Source of the DNA: Gemmatimonadota bacterium
Lineage (GTDB): Bacteria; Gemmatimonadota; Gemmatimonadetes; Longimicrobiales; Gaopeijiaceae
Direction: 5' to 3'
DNA length: 64,000 nt
Assembly: GCA_034521595.1 (NCBI GenBank)
Contig: JAXHMG010000003.1
Location: 1,440,001 to 1,504,000, forward strand
Each line of letters begins with the position of its first letter. Within the stretch, counting starts at the first letter, position 1. A program made the position numbers and the translations under genes. This document shows positions 39,921 through 50,971 of this stretch, in pieces. The notes under the pieces were generated by a model. The model did no database searches. It had not been told where the DNA came from and saw only the letters and a program-made list of their open reading frames with translations.

Positions 39921-40541
39921 ATGAGTCCGAAGGGAAAGGTACGCGCGCTCAAGGTCCTGCTCTGGCTCGGCGCCCTGGCGCCCGGCGCATGGCTGGTTTC
40001 GGGCTTCCTACAGGGGAGCCTGGGCCCGAATCCGATCGAGACGCTGACCCTCACGACGGGGATGACGACGCTCGTGCTCCTGTTGCTCACGCTGTCCGTC
40101 ACCCCCGTGCGCCGGATCACCGGGTGGAACCCCGTCATCCGCCTCCGGCGTCCCATGGGGCTCTTCGCCTTCTTCTACGCCGTCTGCCACTTCTCGATCT
40201 GGTTCGTCTTCGACATGGTCTTCAACTTCGGCTGGATGGTCGACGACGTGCTCGACCGACCCTACATCACGGTGGGGATGGCCGCCTTCGTGCTGCTCAT
40301 CCCCCTGGCCGTGACGTCGACGCGGGGGTGGATCCGACGGCTCGGCAAGCGGTGGGTGAAGCTGCACCGGCTGGTGTACGTGGCCGCCGGGCTCGGAGTC
40401 GTCCACTACTTCTGGCTCGTGAAGTCGGACTACCGGCTTCCCATACTCCTGGCCGTTTGCCTCGGCATCCTGATCGCGGCCCGGGTACCCTTCGGGCGTA
40501 TCCTGGCGTCCAGGAAGACTGCCGAACGCACGGCTTCCTGA
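39921..40541 (+). CDS. msrQ: Heme-binding membrane subunit MsrQ
   Basis: RRPMGLFAFFY, LAVTS, WVKLHRLVY; follows msrP. Confidence 0.92.
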   Translation: MSPKGKVRALKVLLWLGALAPGAWLVSGFLQGSLGPNPIETLTLTTGMTTLVLLLLTLSVTPVRRITGWNPVIRLRRPMGLFAFFYAVCHFSIWFVFDMVFNFGWMVDDVLDRPYITVGMAAFVLLIPLAVTSTRGWIRRLGKRWVKLHRLVYVAAGLGVVHYFWLVKSDYRLPILLAVCLGILIAARVPFGRILASRKTAERTAS

Positions 40542-40567
40542 CGTAGCTCCCACGGGCTGGCCGACCG

Positions 40568-42205
40568 CTAACCGCGCGCGATCTCTTCCAGGAAGGCGGC
40601 TCCGTAGCGCTCGAGCTTCACGTCACCGACACCCGGAACCTGGAGCAGCTCCTCCGGGGTGCGTGGCCGCCGTGCCGCCATCTCGCGCAGCGCTCGATCG
40701 TTGAAGACCACGTAGGCGGGCACGCCCTGGCGTTCGGCGAGCGCACGGCGTAGCTCCCTCAGCCTCTCGAAGAGGGACGCATCGCCTTCGGAGAGCGCCA
40801 TGTCCGGTCGTGCAGAAGGGCCCCCTCGAGCTCCCCTCGACGGTCGACTCCGCGCCGAACGGCCGGCGCTCGACACCGGCTCTCCCTGCTCGGCCATCGC
40901 GGCTTGCGCCGTGTCGGCGACGGTCTCGCCCGTGCACACGTCACACGAAGCGGTACACGACGGCATTTCCTCGTCGAAGTGCTCGAGGATCGCCCGGTGT
41001 CGGCAGACGTTCGCCTCGAGCATGCGGTAGAGGTCGACGGTCGACCGGTGCCGGTCGCGGCGCAGCGCGGCATCCTCGATGTCGCTCAGGAACCGTTCGT
41101 GCAGCTTCACGTCCGCCCATGAGTAGAAGAGCACGCAGTCGCTCTCCAGACCGTCGCGGCCCGCCCTTCCCATCTCCTGATACCACGACTCGATGTCTTT
41201 CGGCATGTCCCGGTGGATGACGAAGCGCACGTCCGGCTTGTCGATGCCCATCCCGAACGCGACCGTAGCCACGATGACGTCCGTGCGGTCGGTGCGGAAC
41301 GCCTCCTGGTTGTGGATCCGTTCTTCACCCGGAAGTCCCGCATGGTAGGGTAGCGCGTCGACCCCGTTGGCACGTAGGAACGCCGTGGTCTGCTCGACCG
41401 CGCGTCTGCTCAGGCAATAGACGATGCCGCTCTCGCCCGCGCGGCGTCGCACGAGCGCCAGAATCTCGCGCTTCGTGTCCCCACTGCCCTTCTTGCGTGC
41501 ACCGACGAGCAGGTTGGGCCGGTAGAAGGATCCCTTGTAGCCGGCCGGCTTCCGCATGCCGAGCTGACGCAGGATGTCCCGCGCCACGGCCCTCGTGGCG
41601 GTCGCGGTGAGCGCGAGGACGGGCACGTCGAGGCCGTCCTTCAGGCCGTGAAGACGCCGGTACGACGGCCGAAAGTCGTGACCCCACTGCGAGATGCAGT
41701 GTGCTTCGTCCACGACCACCAACGAGATCGGACAGGAAGCCACGAACTCTCCCAGCCGCCCATCGAGCGCTTCCGGCGCCAGATACACCAGCTCGTAGGC
41801 TCCACGGCGGAGGGCGGCCAGGCGAGCGCGCCGCTCCTCGTACTCCAGCGTCGAGTTGATCTCCACCGCCTCGAAGCCGAGCGCGCGAACGGCGTCCACC
41901 TGGTCCTTCATGAGGCTGATGAGTGGCGTGACCACCAATACCGTGCCCTCCATCAGGCGGGCCGGAAGCTGATAGGTGAGCGACTTTCCCGCCCCCGTCG
42001 GCATCACCGCGATGCAGTCCTTGCGGGCCAACACCGCATCGACGACTTCGCGCTGGCCCGGGCGGAACGTGTCGAAACCGAACACGGAACGGAGCACCGC
42101 TTCCGGATCGGACGTGCTCGCGGGATGGGACGTAATACGTGGAGCCAACGGCGGACGCCGGGAACGGAGGAAACGAGAGGACCCCTTACACGGGGTCCTC
42201 AACAT
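40568..42205 (-). CDS. recQ: RecQ-family helicase with HRDC domain
   Basis: [46 protein letters not shown]-terminal HRDC; start uncertain. Confidence 0.9.
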   Translation of the reverse strand: MLRTPCKGSSRFLRSRRPPLAPRITSHPASTSDPEAVLRSVFGFDTFRPGQREVVDAVLARKDCIAVMPTGAGKSLTYQLPARLMEGTVLVVTPLISLMKDQVDAVRALGFEAVEINSTLEYEERRARLAALRRGAYELVYLAPEALDGRLGEFVASCPISLVVVDEAHCISQWGHDFRPSYRRLHGLKDGLDVPVLALTATATRAVARDILRQLGMRKPAGYKGSFYRPNLLVGARKKGSGDTKREILALVRRRAGESGIVYCLSRRAVEQTTAFLRANGVDALPYHAGLPGEERIHNQEAFRTDRTDVIVATVAFGMGIDKPDVRFVIHRDMPKDIESWYQEMGRAGRDGLESDCVLFYSWADVKLHERFLSDIEDAALRRDRHRSTVDLYRMLEANVCRHRAILEHFDEEMPSCTASCDVCTGETVADTAQAAMAEQGEPVSSAGRSARSRPSRGARGGPSARPDMALSEGDASLFERLRELRRALAERQGVPAYVVFNDRALREMAARRPRTPEELLQVPGVGDVKLERYGAAFLEEIARG

Positions 42206-42328
42206 GAACAGAAACCGGTCTTCGGGGACACCCCGATGGCATGTCGAGTCCAATGGGGCTGGACCAGACGGGCGAGCCCAAGGACGCGCCCATGGCATGC
42301 CGAACGATGGACGAACCAGCGAAGCTCT

Positions 42329-44113
42329 TCAGGCCGGCACCTCGGCATCCAACGGTCCCCCGCCCTCGTCCTCCGTCGTGGACCCGACGGCGTGGAGCAG
42401 GCCTTCGACCGAGAAGGGCTTCTCGATGAACCCCGAAGACCGTTCGCGGGCGAGTCGCTTGAGAACGAGCTCGTCCGAATGTCCAGACATGTACAGCACG
42501 GAAATGTCGGGATGAGCTTCCCGTGCCCGCTCAGCGAGATCGACCCCGTTCATGTCGGGAAGGCCCAGGTCGGTCAGGAGGACATCCACTCGGGCGTTCT
42601 CGCCGCCGATCACGGCCAACGCGTCTTCCGCGGTGGCCGCGGCACGGACCTCGAGCCCGTGACGCTCCAGCACACGGGCGGTCACGCGCCGCACACCGTC
42701 CTCGTCATCCACCACGAGAACGGACCTGCGCTCGGATGGCGAGCGGGCGCTCTCCTTCCGGTCCGATGCCTCTCCCTCCAGCGGCTCCGCCGGCTGCTCC
42801 GTGCCCGGCAGCCTCAAGACGAACGTCGTGCCCACCCCGAGCGTCGAGTCGACGGACAGCTCGCCCGACGCTTGCTTGACGATTCCATGCGCGGTCGAGA
42901 GCCCCAAACCCGTACCGTCCGCTCGCGTCGTGAAGAAGGGCTCGAAGATTCTCGCGCTGGTTTCGGCATCCATTCCCTTCCCGTCGTCGCTCACTTCCAC
43001 CACCAGCTCGGCCAGGCCCTCCGCCCCGGGAGCTCCGGCGTATGCCTTGATGGAGATCCTTCCCCGACCGCCCACCGCCTCCACGGCGTTCGTCACGAGG
43101 TTCAGCAGCACCTGCTCGATGTGGGAGGGGTCCGCCTCGACGGTGGGAAGATCGTCGGCGAGATCGAGGTCGATCCTCACCCCGGCCGGCACCAGCCGAC
43201 GCAACATGGGCTCCGCCAGTCGGATCAACTCGCCCATGTCCATGGGGCGCGAGCGATGAATGCGCCTGCGACTGAAGGCGAGGAGCTGCTGCGTGAGCGT
43301 GACCGCCCGCTTCGCTCCGGCCTTCGCCTCCTCCAGCTCGGGCCGGATGGGATGGTCCGGGCCTACCTCGCCCTCGCAGAGATCGAGGGGAGCGACGATC
43401 GTGGTCAGGAGGTTGTTGAAATCGTGAGCGACCGCGCCCGTCAACTCACCGAGCGCCTCCAGCCGCTGGGAGCGCAGAGCCTCTTCTCTCAGACGCTCCT
43501 CCTCCGTGACATCCAGATGGAGGCTCATCACCGCCGGCGCCCCGTCCCACTCGATCCGGCGTCCGTGCACCTCGACCCGGACCTTGTCCCCGCCCTTCTT
43601 TAGGCCCGTGTAGCGGTAGCGAACATCGTCGACTTCCGCCGCCACACGCCGACGAAGGTGTTCCGCAACCACGCCCCGCTCGTCGGGAGCGATCAGGTCA
43701 CCCACCGGGGTCGGGGGATCGACGATCTCGTCGGGAGCGTAGCCGAACATCTCCGCGAAACGGTGGTTCACGAACCGGAAGGCGCCGTCCTGGACGACAC
43801 TGATCCCCGCGAGGTCCTGGTCGATCAAGCTTCGGTGCTGCCGCGCTCGAGCCCACCGTTCCCTCAACTCGCGGTAGGAGAGCGCGGCGACGACGACGGC
43901 CGAACCCAGCACGAAGGCACCCCCCATGGCCAGCCTCGCGAACGGCGCGTCACTCGGTCCCCGAACCCACGCACCGATGACCGGATCCGAGAGGACGATC
44001 CACGTGGCGGCGAGCGAAACCGCGACCGCGTAGAGCACCCCGATCCTGAGGGCGCTCCAAAACGGCGCACTGCTGCCCTCGTTCTCGGGCAGCCAACCCT
44101 TGGAACCGTTCAT
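42329..44113 (-). CDS. Hybrid PAS sensor histidine kinase / receiver
   Basis: Two TM segments, PAS, AHDFNNLL H-box, NLVTNA, GTGLGL, receiver VVDDE...TD. Confidence 0.92.
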   Translation of the reverse strand: MNGSKGWLPENEGSSAPFWSALRIGVLYAVAVSLAATWIVLSDPVIGAWVRGPSDAPFARLAMGGAFVLGSAVVVAALSYRELRERWARARQHRSLIDQDLAGISVVQDGAFRFVNHRFAEMFGYAPDEIVDPPTPVGDLIAPDERGVVAEHLRRRVAAEVDDVRYRYTGLKKGGDKVRVEVHGRRIEWDGAPAVMSLHLDVTEEERLREEALRSQRLEALGELTGAVAHDFNNLLTTIVAPLDLCEGEVGPDHPIRPELEEAKAGAKRAVTLTQQLLAFSRRRIHRSRPMDMGELIRLAEPMLRRLVPAGVRIDLDLADDLPTVEADPSHIEQVLLNLVTNAVEAVGGRGRISIKAYAGAPGAEGLAELVVEVSDDGKGMDAETSARIFEPFFTTRADGTGLGLSTAHGIVKQASGELSVDSTLGVGTTFVLRLPGTEQPAEPLEGEASDRKESARSPSERRSVLVVDDEDGVRRVTARVLERHGLEVRAAATAEDALAVIGGENARVDVLLTDLGLPDMNGVDLAERAREAHPDISVLYMSGHSDELVLKRLARERSSGFIEKPFSVEGLLHAVGSTTEDEGGGPLDAEVPA

Positions 44114-44321
44114 AGATCATCCTTCCGAGACGTTCCACCACCGGCCGGCTCCGGGCCAGCGTGCGGGATGCTTGACACCAAGCAATACGACATCGCGATG
44201 GTGCGCGCAAACTGCGCGCCTCCTTGCTCCCCGGGATGATCCCGAGAGCGACTGGGTCCGCGGTGTTGCGGGAACCCGAGGACGCGCCCCATCGTAGCCT
44301 CGAGCGGAATCATCGCCCGAC

Positions 44322-44765
44322 ATGTTCACCGACCGAGGGATAACCGGAGTGTTCGCCCATCCTGGGGTCCGTGCCCTTCTCGTAGTACTCCTCGGATTGG
44401 TCGCGGCGGGATGTTCGCGCTGGCGCTTCGCGTCGAGCCCCGCGCCGACCGTGGTGGCCACCGAACGACCGGAGCGCGTACGGGTCACCCGTGGCGACGG
44501 GAGTCGGCTCGAGATCAGCGACCCGTCCGTTCGCAACGATTCGATCGTGGGCACTGCGCGCCGGCCGGCCTGCACCCTCGACGAGGCCATGGATCCGGCG
44601 CGGGACTGTCCGATGCGGAGCGTCCCCGTCGGGATCGCGTCGAGCGACATGGTGGAGCTCGAGCTCCGAGAGCGGAGCGTGATGCGGTCGATGGTGCTGG
44701 CAGGCGGGCTCGCACTCGGGATCTACCGGCTCGTCCGCATGGCCGCGCCCGCCTTCGGGAGCTGA
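44322..44765 (+). CDS. Hypothetical lipoprotein
   Basis: Lipobox AAGC and a C-terminal hydrophobic segment. Confidence 0.55.
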   Translation: MFTDRGITGVFAHPGVRALLVVLLGLVAAGCSRWRFASSPAPTVVATERPERVRVTRGDGSRLEISDPSVRNDSIVGTARRPACTLDEAMDPARDCPMRSVPVGIASSDMVELELRERSVMRSMVLAGGLALGIYRLVRMAAPAFGS

Positions 44766-45183
44766 GCGACACCTCGCTTCCGTCACGAGCGGAGCATCCG
44801 CCCTCTCCGGGCTCCGGAGTCGTCCCCGGCAGGGGACAGCTACTCACCCGTGGGCCACGGCAACCCCGTCGTGAAGCGGATTTTAGCCGTGGCATGCCCC
44901 GTGCTCTTTCGTTCGTTGGAGACGCCGAGGCGGGCCCGGCCGCCCGGGACGGGGACGGGGGCGCGGACGCGGCGGCGGGCGCTGACCGAATGGCACCTCA
45001 GCGGGGCCCTGCCCTCACCGCACGTCGCGCACTGCGACGAGGGCACTTCCCGATCCTCCTTGCTCCACCTACCGCCGGAGCCTACCGTGTCCGCTCGGTC
45101 CCCGCTCCGTGACCATCGAGATTCCCACGTGGGCGAGAGCGGGTGCGACCCGACGAATTCGGCTCCAGAACGGAGGATCCCCG

Positions 45184-45912
45184 ATGCACGCGAAACAGTT
45201 GCTCTCGATGTCCATGCTGGGCCTCGGCACCCTCGCACTCCACGGCTGCGACGCGCCGGAGCCCGCGATGGATGAGCCGGCCGCGGAGGCGGCGACTCAG
45301 GAGCCCCAGCTCGATGTCAGCTCCGACGAGCCGATGACGTTCTTCGTAACCAGCGTCGGGATGGGGAACGGTGGAGATCTCGGAGGACTGGACGGCGCCG
45401 ACGGACACTGCCAGACCCTCGCCGAAGCAGCCGGGGCGGGAGACCGGGAGTGGCGAGCCTACCTCAGCACCCAGGAGAGCGGCGGCCAGCCCGCCGTGCA
45501 CGCCCGAGACCGGATCGGGGAGGGCCCCTGGCACAACGCGAACGGCCTCATCATCGCATCCGACCTCGAGAGCCTCCACCACGACAACTCGAACATCCGT
45601 TACGAGTACGCGTTGGACGAGCAGGGCGAGACCGTGAACTCGGGTGGGATGGGTGACTCGCCGAACATGCACGACGTCCTCACCGGCACGCAGATGGACG
45701 GTACCGCGTACCCCTCGGGCGACGACCGCACCTGCGACAACTGGACGAGCAGCAGCGAGGACGGCACGGCCATGGTGGGCCACCACGACCGCATCACCCG
45801 CACCACGCCCGGCGGATCGTGGAACGCCGCGCACCCCTCGGCCGGGTGCAGCCAGCAGGACCTCGTCGATACCGGTGGGGCCGGACTCTTCTACTGCTTC
45901 GCGGCGAACTGA
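45184..45912 (+). CDS. Lipoprotein with endostatin/C-type-lectin-like domain
   Basis: LHGC lipobox; [43 protein letters not shown]. Confidence 0.7.
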   Translation: MHAKQLLSMSMLGLGTLALHGCDAPEPAMDEPAAEAATQEPQLDVSSDEPMTFFVTSVGMGNGGDLGGLDGADGHCQTLAEAAGAGDREWRAYLSTQESGGQPAVHARDRIGEGPWHNANGLIIASDLESLHHDNSNIRYEYALDEQGETVNSGGMGDSPNMHDVLTGTQMDGTAYPSGDDRTCDNWTSSSEDGTAMVGHHDRITRTTPGGSWNAAHPSAGCSQQDLVDTGGAGLFYCFAAN

Positions 45913-45940
45913 AGCCGGACAGGGCCTGCGCCGCGGGGCT

Positions 45941-46816
45941 TCATTCGCGGTGTCGCTCCAGCATGGCCCGGAAGGCGGGGTGATCTCGCACCGGCTCCCA
46001 CGTCCAGCGTGTCTCCAGCGTGTGCACGGTGATGAGCGAGGGAACCGACAGAAGCGCCTCCAGGTGTTCGACCGCGCCCTCCACGTCACCGAGCTCGGCG
46101 TAGGCCTGGGCCCACCGCCGGCGCACCCGCGGCAACCAGGCATCGCTCACCGGCATCGACATCGCGTCTTCCAGCACGCGTCGGGCGTCCGCCGTCCGTC
46201 CGGCACGCGCCAGGTTGCGCGCGAGTTGGGCCCTACCTTCCGCGGCGGCATCCGGGTTCCCCGGCGGTGTCGCCCGCTCCTGCCCCATGGCCAGGGAATC
46301 GAAGTAGATCCGGGCCTCCTCCGTGCGCCCGGCGACCCGATGGACCCAAGCCTTGATCCCGTAGCACGAGCACCGGTACCGCGGATCGGGGTGCTCCCGC
46401 GAGAGGCTGAGCACCATTTCATCGAACTCACCCCCGACCAAGAGGCTCGGGTAGCTTCCCAGGTGGCCGACCAGCATCTGGGGCGGAAGGCTCACGACCG
46501 CCCGCATCTCCCGGAAGCGCCGCTGGATTCCGTCCACCCCACCACCCGAAGCGAGCTCGTACAGGAGCGTGTTGCTGATGACCGCGTTCAGCAGATCGAG
46601 GCTCTCATCCCACGCCTCATCGTAGCGTTCACCCGCGTCATCCCAGTCCCGCAGGAGACGAGCCGCGTTCGCCGCTTCGAGCAGGTTGGGGGGCGTCGGC
46701 TCCGTATCCGCCTCCCGGATCAGCGCACGGAGCTCGGACTCGGTCTGCTGCGCTTGGATCGGTGGAGCCGCGAGCAGCAGCGCCGCGGCCACCAGAATGA
46801 CGTGCCACATGGACAT
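45941..46816 (-). CDS. Secreted TPR-like protein
   Basis: Signal peptide, helical repeats, C-terminal WEPVRDHPAF. Confidence 0.6.
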   Translation of the reverse strand: MSMWHVILVAAALLLAAPPIQAQQTESELRALIREADTEPTPPNLLEAANAARLLRDWDDAGERYDEAWDESLDLLNAVISNTLLYELASGGGVDGIQRRFREMRAVVSLPPQMLVGHLGSYPSLLVGGEFDEMVLSLSREHPDPRYRCSCYGIKAWVHRVAGRTEEARIYFDSLAMGQERATPPGNPDAAAEGRAQLARNLARAGRTADARRVLEDAMSMPVSDAWLPRVRRRWAQAYAELGDVEGAVEHLEALLSVPSLITVHTLETRWTWEPVRDHPAFRAMLERHRE

Positions 46817-47045
46817 CTCCCGGAAATCCCCCGCAGGCAGACCGGTAGTGCTCTGAACTTGTATGTAGTATGGGAGCCATCGCAACTACGGTCCGGCTCG
46901 AAGCCCCGGATCCGCTCGTGCCGGCGAAGCGCGGGCCCTCTCCCGTGAAGCGGGCCCGCACGCTGCACGGAGCCAACGACCGGGGTGGACCGCACGCCGA
47001 ACCCCACTATATTACCATACAGTTGACACTAGACGGGGAGGTGCG

Positions 47046-47390
47046 ATGCAAGCTCACACTCGGCTCACGCCGGAGCTCGTCGATCTGATCGCGGAACGGT
47101 TCAAGGCGCTCGCAGAGCCCGCACGGCTCCATATCCTCAACGCGCTCCGCGCAGGGGAGAAAACGGTGAGCGAGCTCATGGAGGAAACCGGACTCGGCCA
47201 GGCCAACGTCTCGAAACACCTACAGCTGCTCCACGGGCTCGGGTTCACCGAGCGTCGGAAAGAGGGGCTGTACGTGTATTACCGGCTCACGGATCCCACC
47301 GTCTTCGAGCTGTGCGACATCGTGTGCGGGCGACTCGACCGCGAAGCCCGGACACGAAGCGATCTGGTTTCCGGAAGGGGGTCCTCTTGA
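47046..47390 (+). CDS. ArsR/SmtB-family regulator
   Basis: FKALAEPARLHIL, QANVSKHL, C-terminal CDIVC. Confidence 0.9.
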   Translation: MQAHTRLTPELVDLIAERFKALAEPARLHILNALRAGEKTVSELMEETGLGQANVSKHLQLLHGLGFTERRKEGLYVYYRLTDPTVFELCDIVCGRLDREARTRSDLVSGRGSS

Positions 47391-47403
47391 CGGCGACCCT
47401 ACA

Positions 47404-47437
47404 TGACTGCATACTCATATAGTTGCGTATGCAGTCA
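47404..47437. promoter_or_regulatory. Inverted-repeat operator upstream of trxA-sulP
   Basis: Perfect 11-bp arms TGACTGCATAC / GTATGCAGTCA with a 12-bp spacer, between arsR and trxA. Confidence 0.6.
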
Positions 47438-47467
47438 CGCATATGATCGAGGCCAATTGGAGGAACG

Positions 47468-47818
47468 ATGAATACCGAAGACAATGAAGTGTTGACCCTG
47501 ACCGAAGAGCGCTTCACGCAGGACGTCGAGGGCGGATCGGGCCTGACGCTCGTGGATTTCTGGGCGCCCTGGTGCGGCCCGTGCCGAATGGTCGCGCCCA
47601 TGATCGAGCAGCTCGCCGAGGAGTACGCGGGCCGCGTGACGTTCGCGAAGCTGAACGTCGACGAGGCCCCGAGCACGGCGGGGAAGTACGGCATCCGATC
47701 GATTCCGACCATCGGGCTCTTCAAGGACGGCGAGGCGGTGGACGGCGTGGTCGGCGTGGTGCCGCAGGAACAGCTTTCCGCGCTGATCGACAAGCACCTC
47801 GACGGTGACGTCGAATAA
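47468..47818 (+). CDS. trxA: Thioredoxin
   Basis: DFWAPWCGPC, IRSIPT. Confidence 0.93.
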   Translation: MNTEDNEVLTLTEERFTQDVEGGSGLTLVDFWAPWCGPCRMVAPMIEQLAEEYAGRVTFAKLNVDEAPSTAGKYGIRSIPTIGLFKDGEAVDGVVGVVPQEQLSALIDKHLDGDVE

Positions 47819-49535
47819 GACCGATCGCAGCAAGCTCCCGGCGCCCGACTGGCTGAGGAGTTACCGGCGGGCCGACCTCCCGGGAGACCTATCGGCTGGC
47901 GTCACGGTCGCCGTGATGCTCATCCCGCAGGGCATGGCGTACGCCATGCTCGCGGGGCTCCCGCCGGTCGTCGGCCTGTACGCCTCCACCATCCCGCTCT
48001 TCGTCTACGCGCTCCTGGGCTCATCGCGACAGCTCGCGGTGGGCCCGGTGGCGATCGTCTCACTTCTGACGTTGAGCGGGATCTCGGCCGTCGCCGAGCC
48101 CGGCTCGGGAGAGTTCATCGCCCTGGCCGCCCTGCTGGCCCTCCTCGCCGGGACCGTCCAGCTCGGGCTCGGGCTCCTCCGCGCGGGCTTCATCGTCAAC
48201 TTCCTGTCCCACGCGGTCATCAGCGGCTTCACTTCGGCCGCAGCCATCGTCATCGGCCTCAGCCAGCTGAAGGAGCTTCTCGGGATCGAGCTCGCGTCCC
48301 GACACTCCGTATTCGCATTGATCCAGGAGGCGGCGCTGCGGATCGGCGAGACCAACCCTTATACGCTCGCCATCGGGCTCGCGAGCATCGCCGCCTTGAT
48401 CGTGGCGAAGAAGCGCGCACCCCGCCTGCCCGCGGCGCTCGTCGTCGTGTTGGTGGCAACCGTGGCGACGTGGGCCTTGGGGCTCGCGGACAAAGGCGTG
48501 GCGGTCGTGGGTGCGGTGCCCGGCGGATTTCCGGCGCCCTCCCTCCCGATGCTCGACCCGGCGGCCCTCACCGGACTGCTCGGCAGCGCGCTCACCATCT
48601 CGTTCGTCGGGTTCGTGGAATCGTTCGCAGTGGCCAAGTCCATCGCGACGCGCGAGAAGTACAAGATCGACGCGAATCGGGAGCTGAAGGCACTCGGTCT
48701 CGCCAACGTCGCCACCGCGTTGTTTTCCGGATTCCCCGTGACCGGCGGTTTCTCCCGCTCCGCCGTCAACTATCAGTCCGGGGCACGGACGCCGCTCGCC
48801 AGCATCGTCACCGGGGTGCTGATCCTCGTCACGGTGCTCGCCTTCACTTCGCTCTTCCACTACCTACCCACCGCCGTGCTCGCCGCGGTCGTCGTCGTCG
48901 CCGTCTACGGCCTCGTCGACGTCCGGCACGCCGTGCATCTGTTCCAACTCAAGAAGGTGGACGGCTGGACGCTGGTGATCACCTTCGTCGCCACGCTCGT
49001 GCTCGGCATCGAAACCGGCATCCTCGTGGGCGTCGGCTTCTCCCTCCTCGTATTCATCTGGCGCAGCGCCTACCCGCACTGGGCCCGCTTGGGCTACCTG
49101 GTCCGGGCACGCGTCTTCCGTAACGTGGAGCGCTTCCCCGAAGTGCGAACCTACCCCGGCGTCCTGATCCTACGGGTGGATGCGTCGCTCTACTTCGCGA
49201 ACATGACCTTTCTGGAAGACACACTCCGGAGCGAGTTGCTCGAGCGTCCCGACTGCCGCGAGATCATCCTCGATTTTTCCGGGGTGAACGACATGGACGC
49301 CGTCGCCGTCGAAACGCTCGAAATCCTGATGCAGGAGATGCGGTCGCAAGGGGTCACGGTCCGCATCGCCGCCATGAAGGGACCGGTGCGAGACGTCACC
49401 ACCCGGGCGGGTTGGCCCGACAAGTTCGGGGAGCGCATCGGCTACTTCTCGATCGAACGGGCGCTCGAAGCCGTCGGCATCCGGGACCTCGATGATTCGT
49501 CCATGGACGCCTCCTCCGTGGAGCACGCGCCGTGA
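47805..49535 (+). CDS. SulP/SLC26 anion transporter with STAS domain
   Basis: GDLSAGVTVAVMLIPQGMAYA, GSSRQLAVGP, LYFAN, LDFSGVNDMD. Confidence 0.92.
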   Translation: MTSNKTDRSKLPAPDWLRSYRRADLPGDLSAGVTVAVMLIPQGMAYAMLAGLPPVVGLYASTIPLFVYALLGSSRQLAVGPVAIVSLLTLSGISAVAEPGSGEFIALAALLALLAGTVQLGLGLLRAGFIVNFLSHAVISGFTSAAAIVIGLSQLKELLGIELASRHSVFALIQEAALRIGETNPYTLAIGLASIAALIVAKKRAPRLPAALVVVLVATVATWALGLADKGVAVVGAVPGGFPAPSLPMLDPAALTGLLGSALTISFVGFVESFAVAKSIATREKYKIDANRELKALGLANVATALFSGFPVTGGFSRSAVNYQSGARTPLASIVTGVLILVTVLAFTSLFHYLPTAVLAAVVVVAVYGLVDVRHAVHLFQLKKVDGWTLVITFVATLVLGIETGILVGVGFSLLVFIWRSAYPHWARLGYLVRARVFRNVERFPEVRTYPGVLILRVDASLYFANMTFLEDTLRSELLERPDCREIILDFSGVNDMDAVAVETLEILMQEMRSQGVTVRIAAMKGPVRDVTTRAGWPDKFGERIGYFSIERALEAVGIRDLDDSSMDASSVEHAP

Positions 49536-49552
49536 ACCCGCGGCAGCCGCAG

Positions 49553-49635
49553 TGCCGGGGGCGGGAATCGAACCCGCATGGGATTACTCCCGGGGGATTT
49601 TAAGTCCCCTGCGTATACCATTTCGCCACCCCGGC
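49553..49635 (-). tRNA. tRNA-Leu (anticodon TAA); CCA not encoded
   Basis: GCCGGGGTGGCGAAATGGTATACGCA-GGGGA-CTTAAAA-TCCCC...GGTTCGATTCC...CCCGGCA; long variable arm. Confidence 0.95.
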
Positions 49636-49688
49636 TTCATGTTGCCCCACAACCACTTACGCCGTCTTCGGTAAGCTGCGATTCCACG

Positions 49689-49714
49689 GCGGGGTGAGTT
49701 TGCGGGGTGAGTTT
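49689..49714. repeat. Tandem 13-bp direct repeat, candidate integrase arm-type sites
   Basis: GCGGGGTGAGTTT twice, between the tRNA and the integrase stop. Confidence 0.6.
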
Positions 49715-49732
49715 AGCTACGTACCTGCTCAT

Positions 49733-50961
49733 TCAGCGGACCTCCCGAAGCTCCGCTCCGTGCGTAACCACACGGAGCATAGTCTCGTCATCCGGACGCT
49801 GGTAGGCCAGCTTTAGCGCTTCCAGGCTGGACCATCCGCCCGCCTGAGCCACGTCCACGTCGGGCAGGTTCTTCCTCGAACTGGCCCAGAGCCTTCGATA
49901 CGCATGCCAGAGGGAGCCCTCCTGGAGTTCGAGTCCGGCCTTGTCCTCGGCGCTCCGGAGCCAGGTCGCCGCATCGTAGTAGGTGATGGGCTCCTCGGGA
50001 TTCTGTGGGTTCGGGAAGAGCGGCCCAGTCCCTACCCTGCCCTGTCTCGCCCGCTTCGCGCTGGCCGCTTCCAGGGCATGCCGTACCGTCGGGGAGATCG
50101 GACACCGCCATCGCTTCCCCATTTTGTCGCTGTCCTCCGGCCAGACGATGGCGCCCCAGGGCGCGGCCTCGGTGGCCTCGAGGTCCAGGTCCTCCAGCCT
50201 GAGTTGGCACACCGCGGAAACCCGGCGCCCGGTACCGATCACCGACTTCGAAGAGCTCGGGCAGGTAGCTCTCGATGAGCTTCCCACCGACCTGCATCTT
50301 CACGTCCCGGTAGACGCCCCTGATCGCATCCACCCGGTCATGTGTGGCCACTGGCCGAGCCGGATTCCGCTCCTTCGGAATTTCGAGGCCGCGCGTCGGA
50401 TCCCGGTCGAGGAGCATCTGATCCTGCTCGTCCCGGAACTCCGTGGCCCACCGGCACACGGCGCGAAGCCACGCGCAGTCCTTCTCCACGACCCGGTCCC
50501 GAACGGGCCGCCTCTTCGTCGCTGGGACGCTCCGGCCCCTGGCGTTTATGGCTCCGGAACGGCGCTCCCGCACGAAGGCGTCCCACTGGCGGCGCGAGCA
50601 GCGTGGTCAGATCGAAGCCCGCTCCGAGCACTTCGGTCCAGCAGGGCGGCGTGTCGCGCGTCCGCTCGGCGGCTCGCCTCTCTCTTATCGGGCGTCGCGA
50701 TGCTCCAGGTACAGTTGGACGTATGCAGGCCACCGTGGGCTTCGCCGACGATACCTTCTTGCTGCCCTTCCGCAGCTCCGCGGAGAGCTCATCGGCATAA
50801 TCCATCGCCCGCTCCCGGTCGCCGTGCTTGAGGGAGCGTTTGACCTCGCGGCCATCCTCCCAGACCGAGACGTAGATGCTCGCCCGGCCCGGCCGCTCGT
50901 AGACCCGGACCTTGTGTCCGTGCCGCCCGGCGGTGTAGCTCCACGTTCGTTTCTTCCCCAT
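49733..50961 (-). pseudogene. Tyrosine integrase (frameshifted in this sequence)
   Basis: TGRRVSAV (R), WHAYRR (HxxR), GGW and AY catalytic motifs; N-terminus MGKKRTWSY; spread over at least three frames. Confidence 0.85.
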
Positions 50962-50971
50962 CGCTGGCCTC

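Noticed and set aside
44766-45183. GC-rich intergenic stretch as riboswitch or ncRNA
   Set aside because: No recognisable conserved motif by eye; an Rfam search would be needed.
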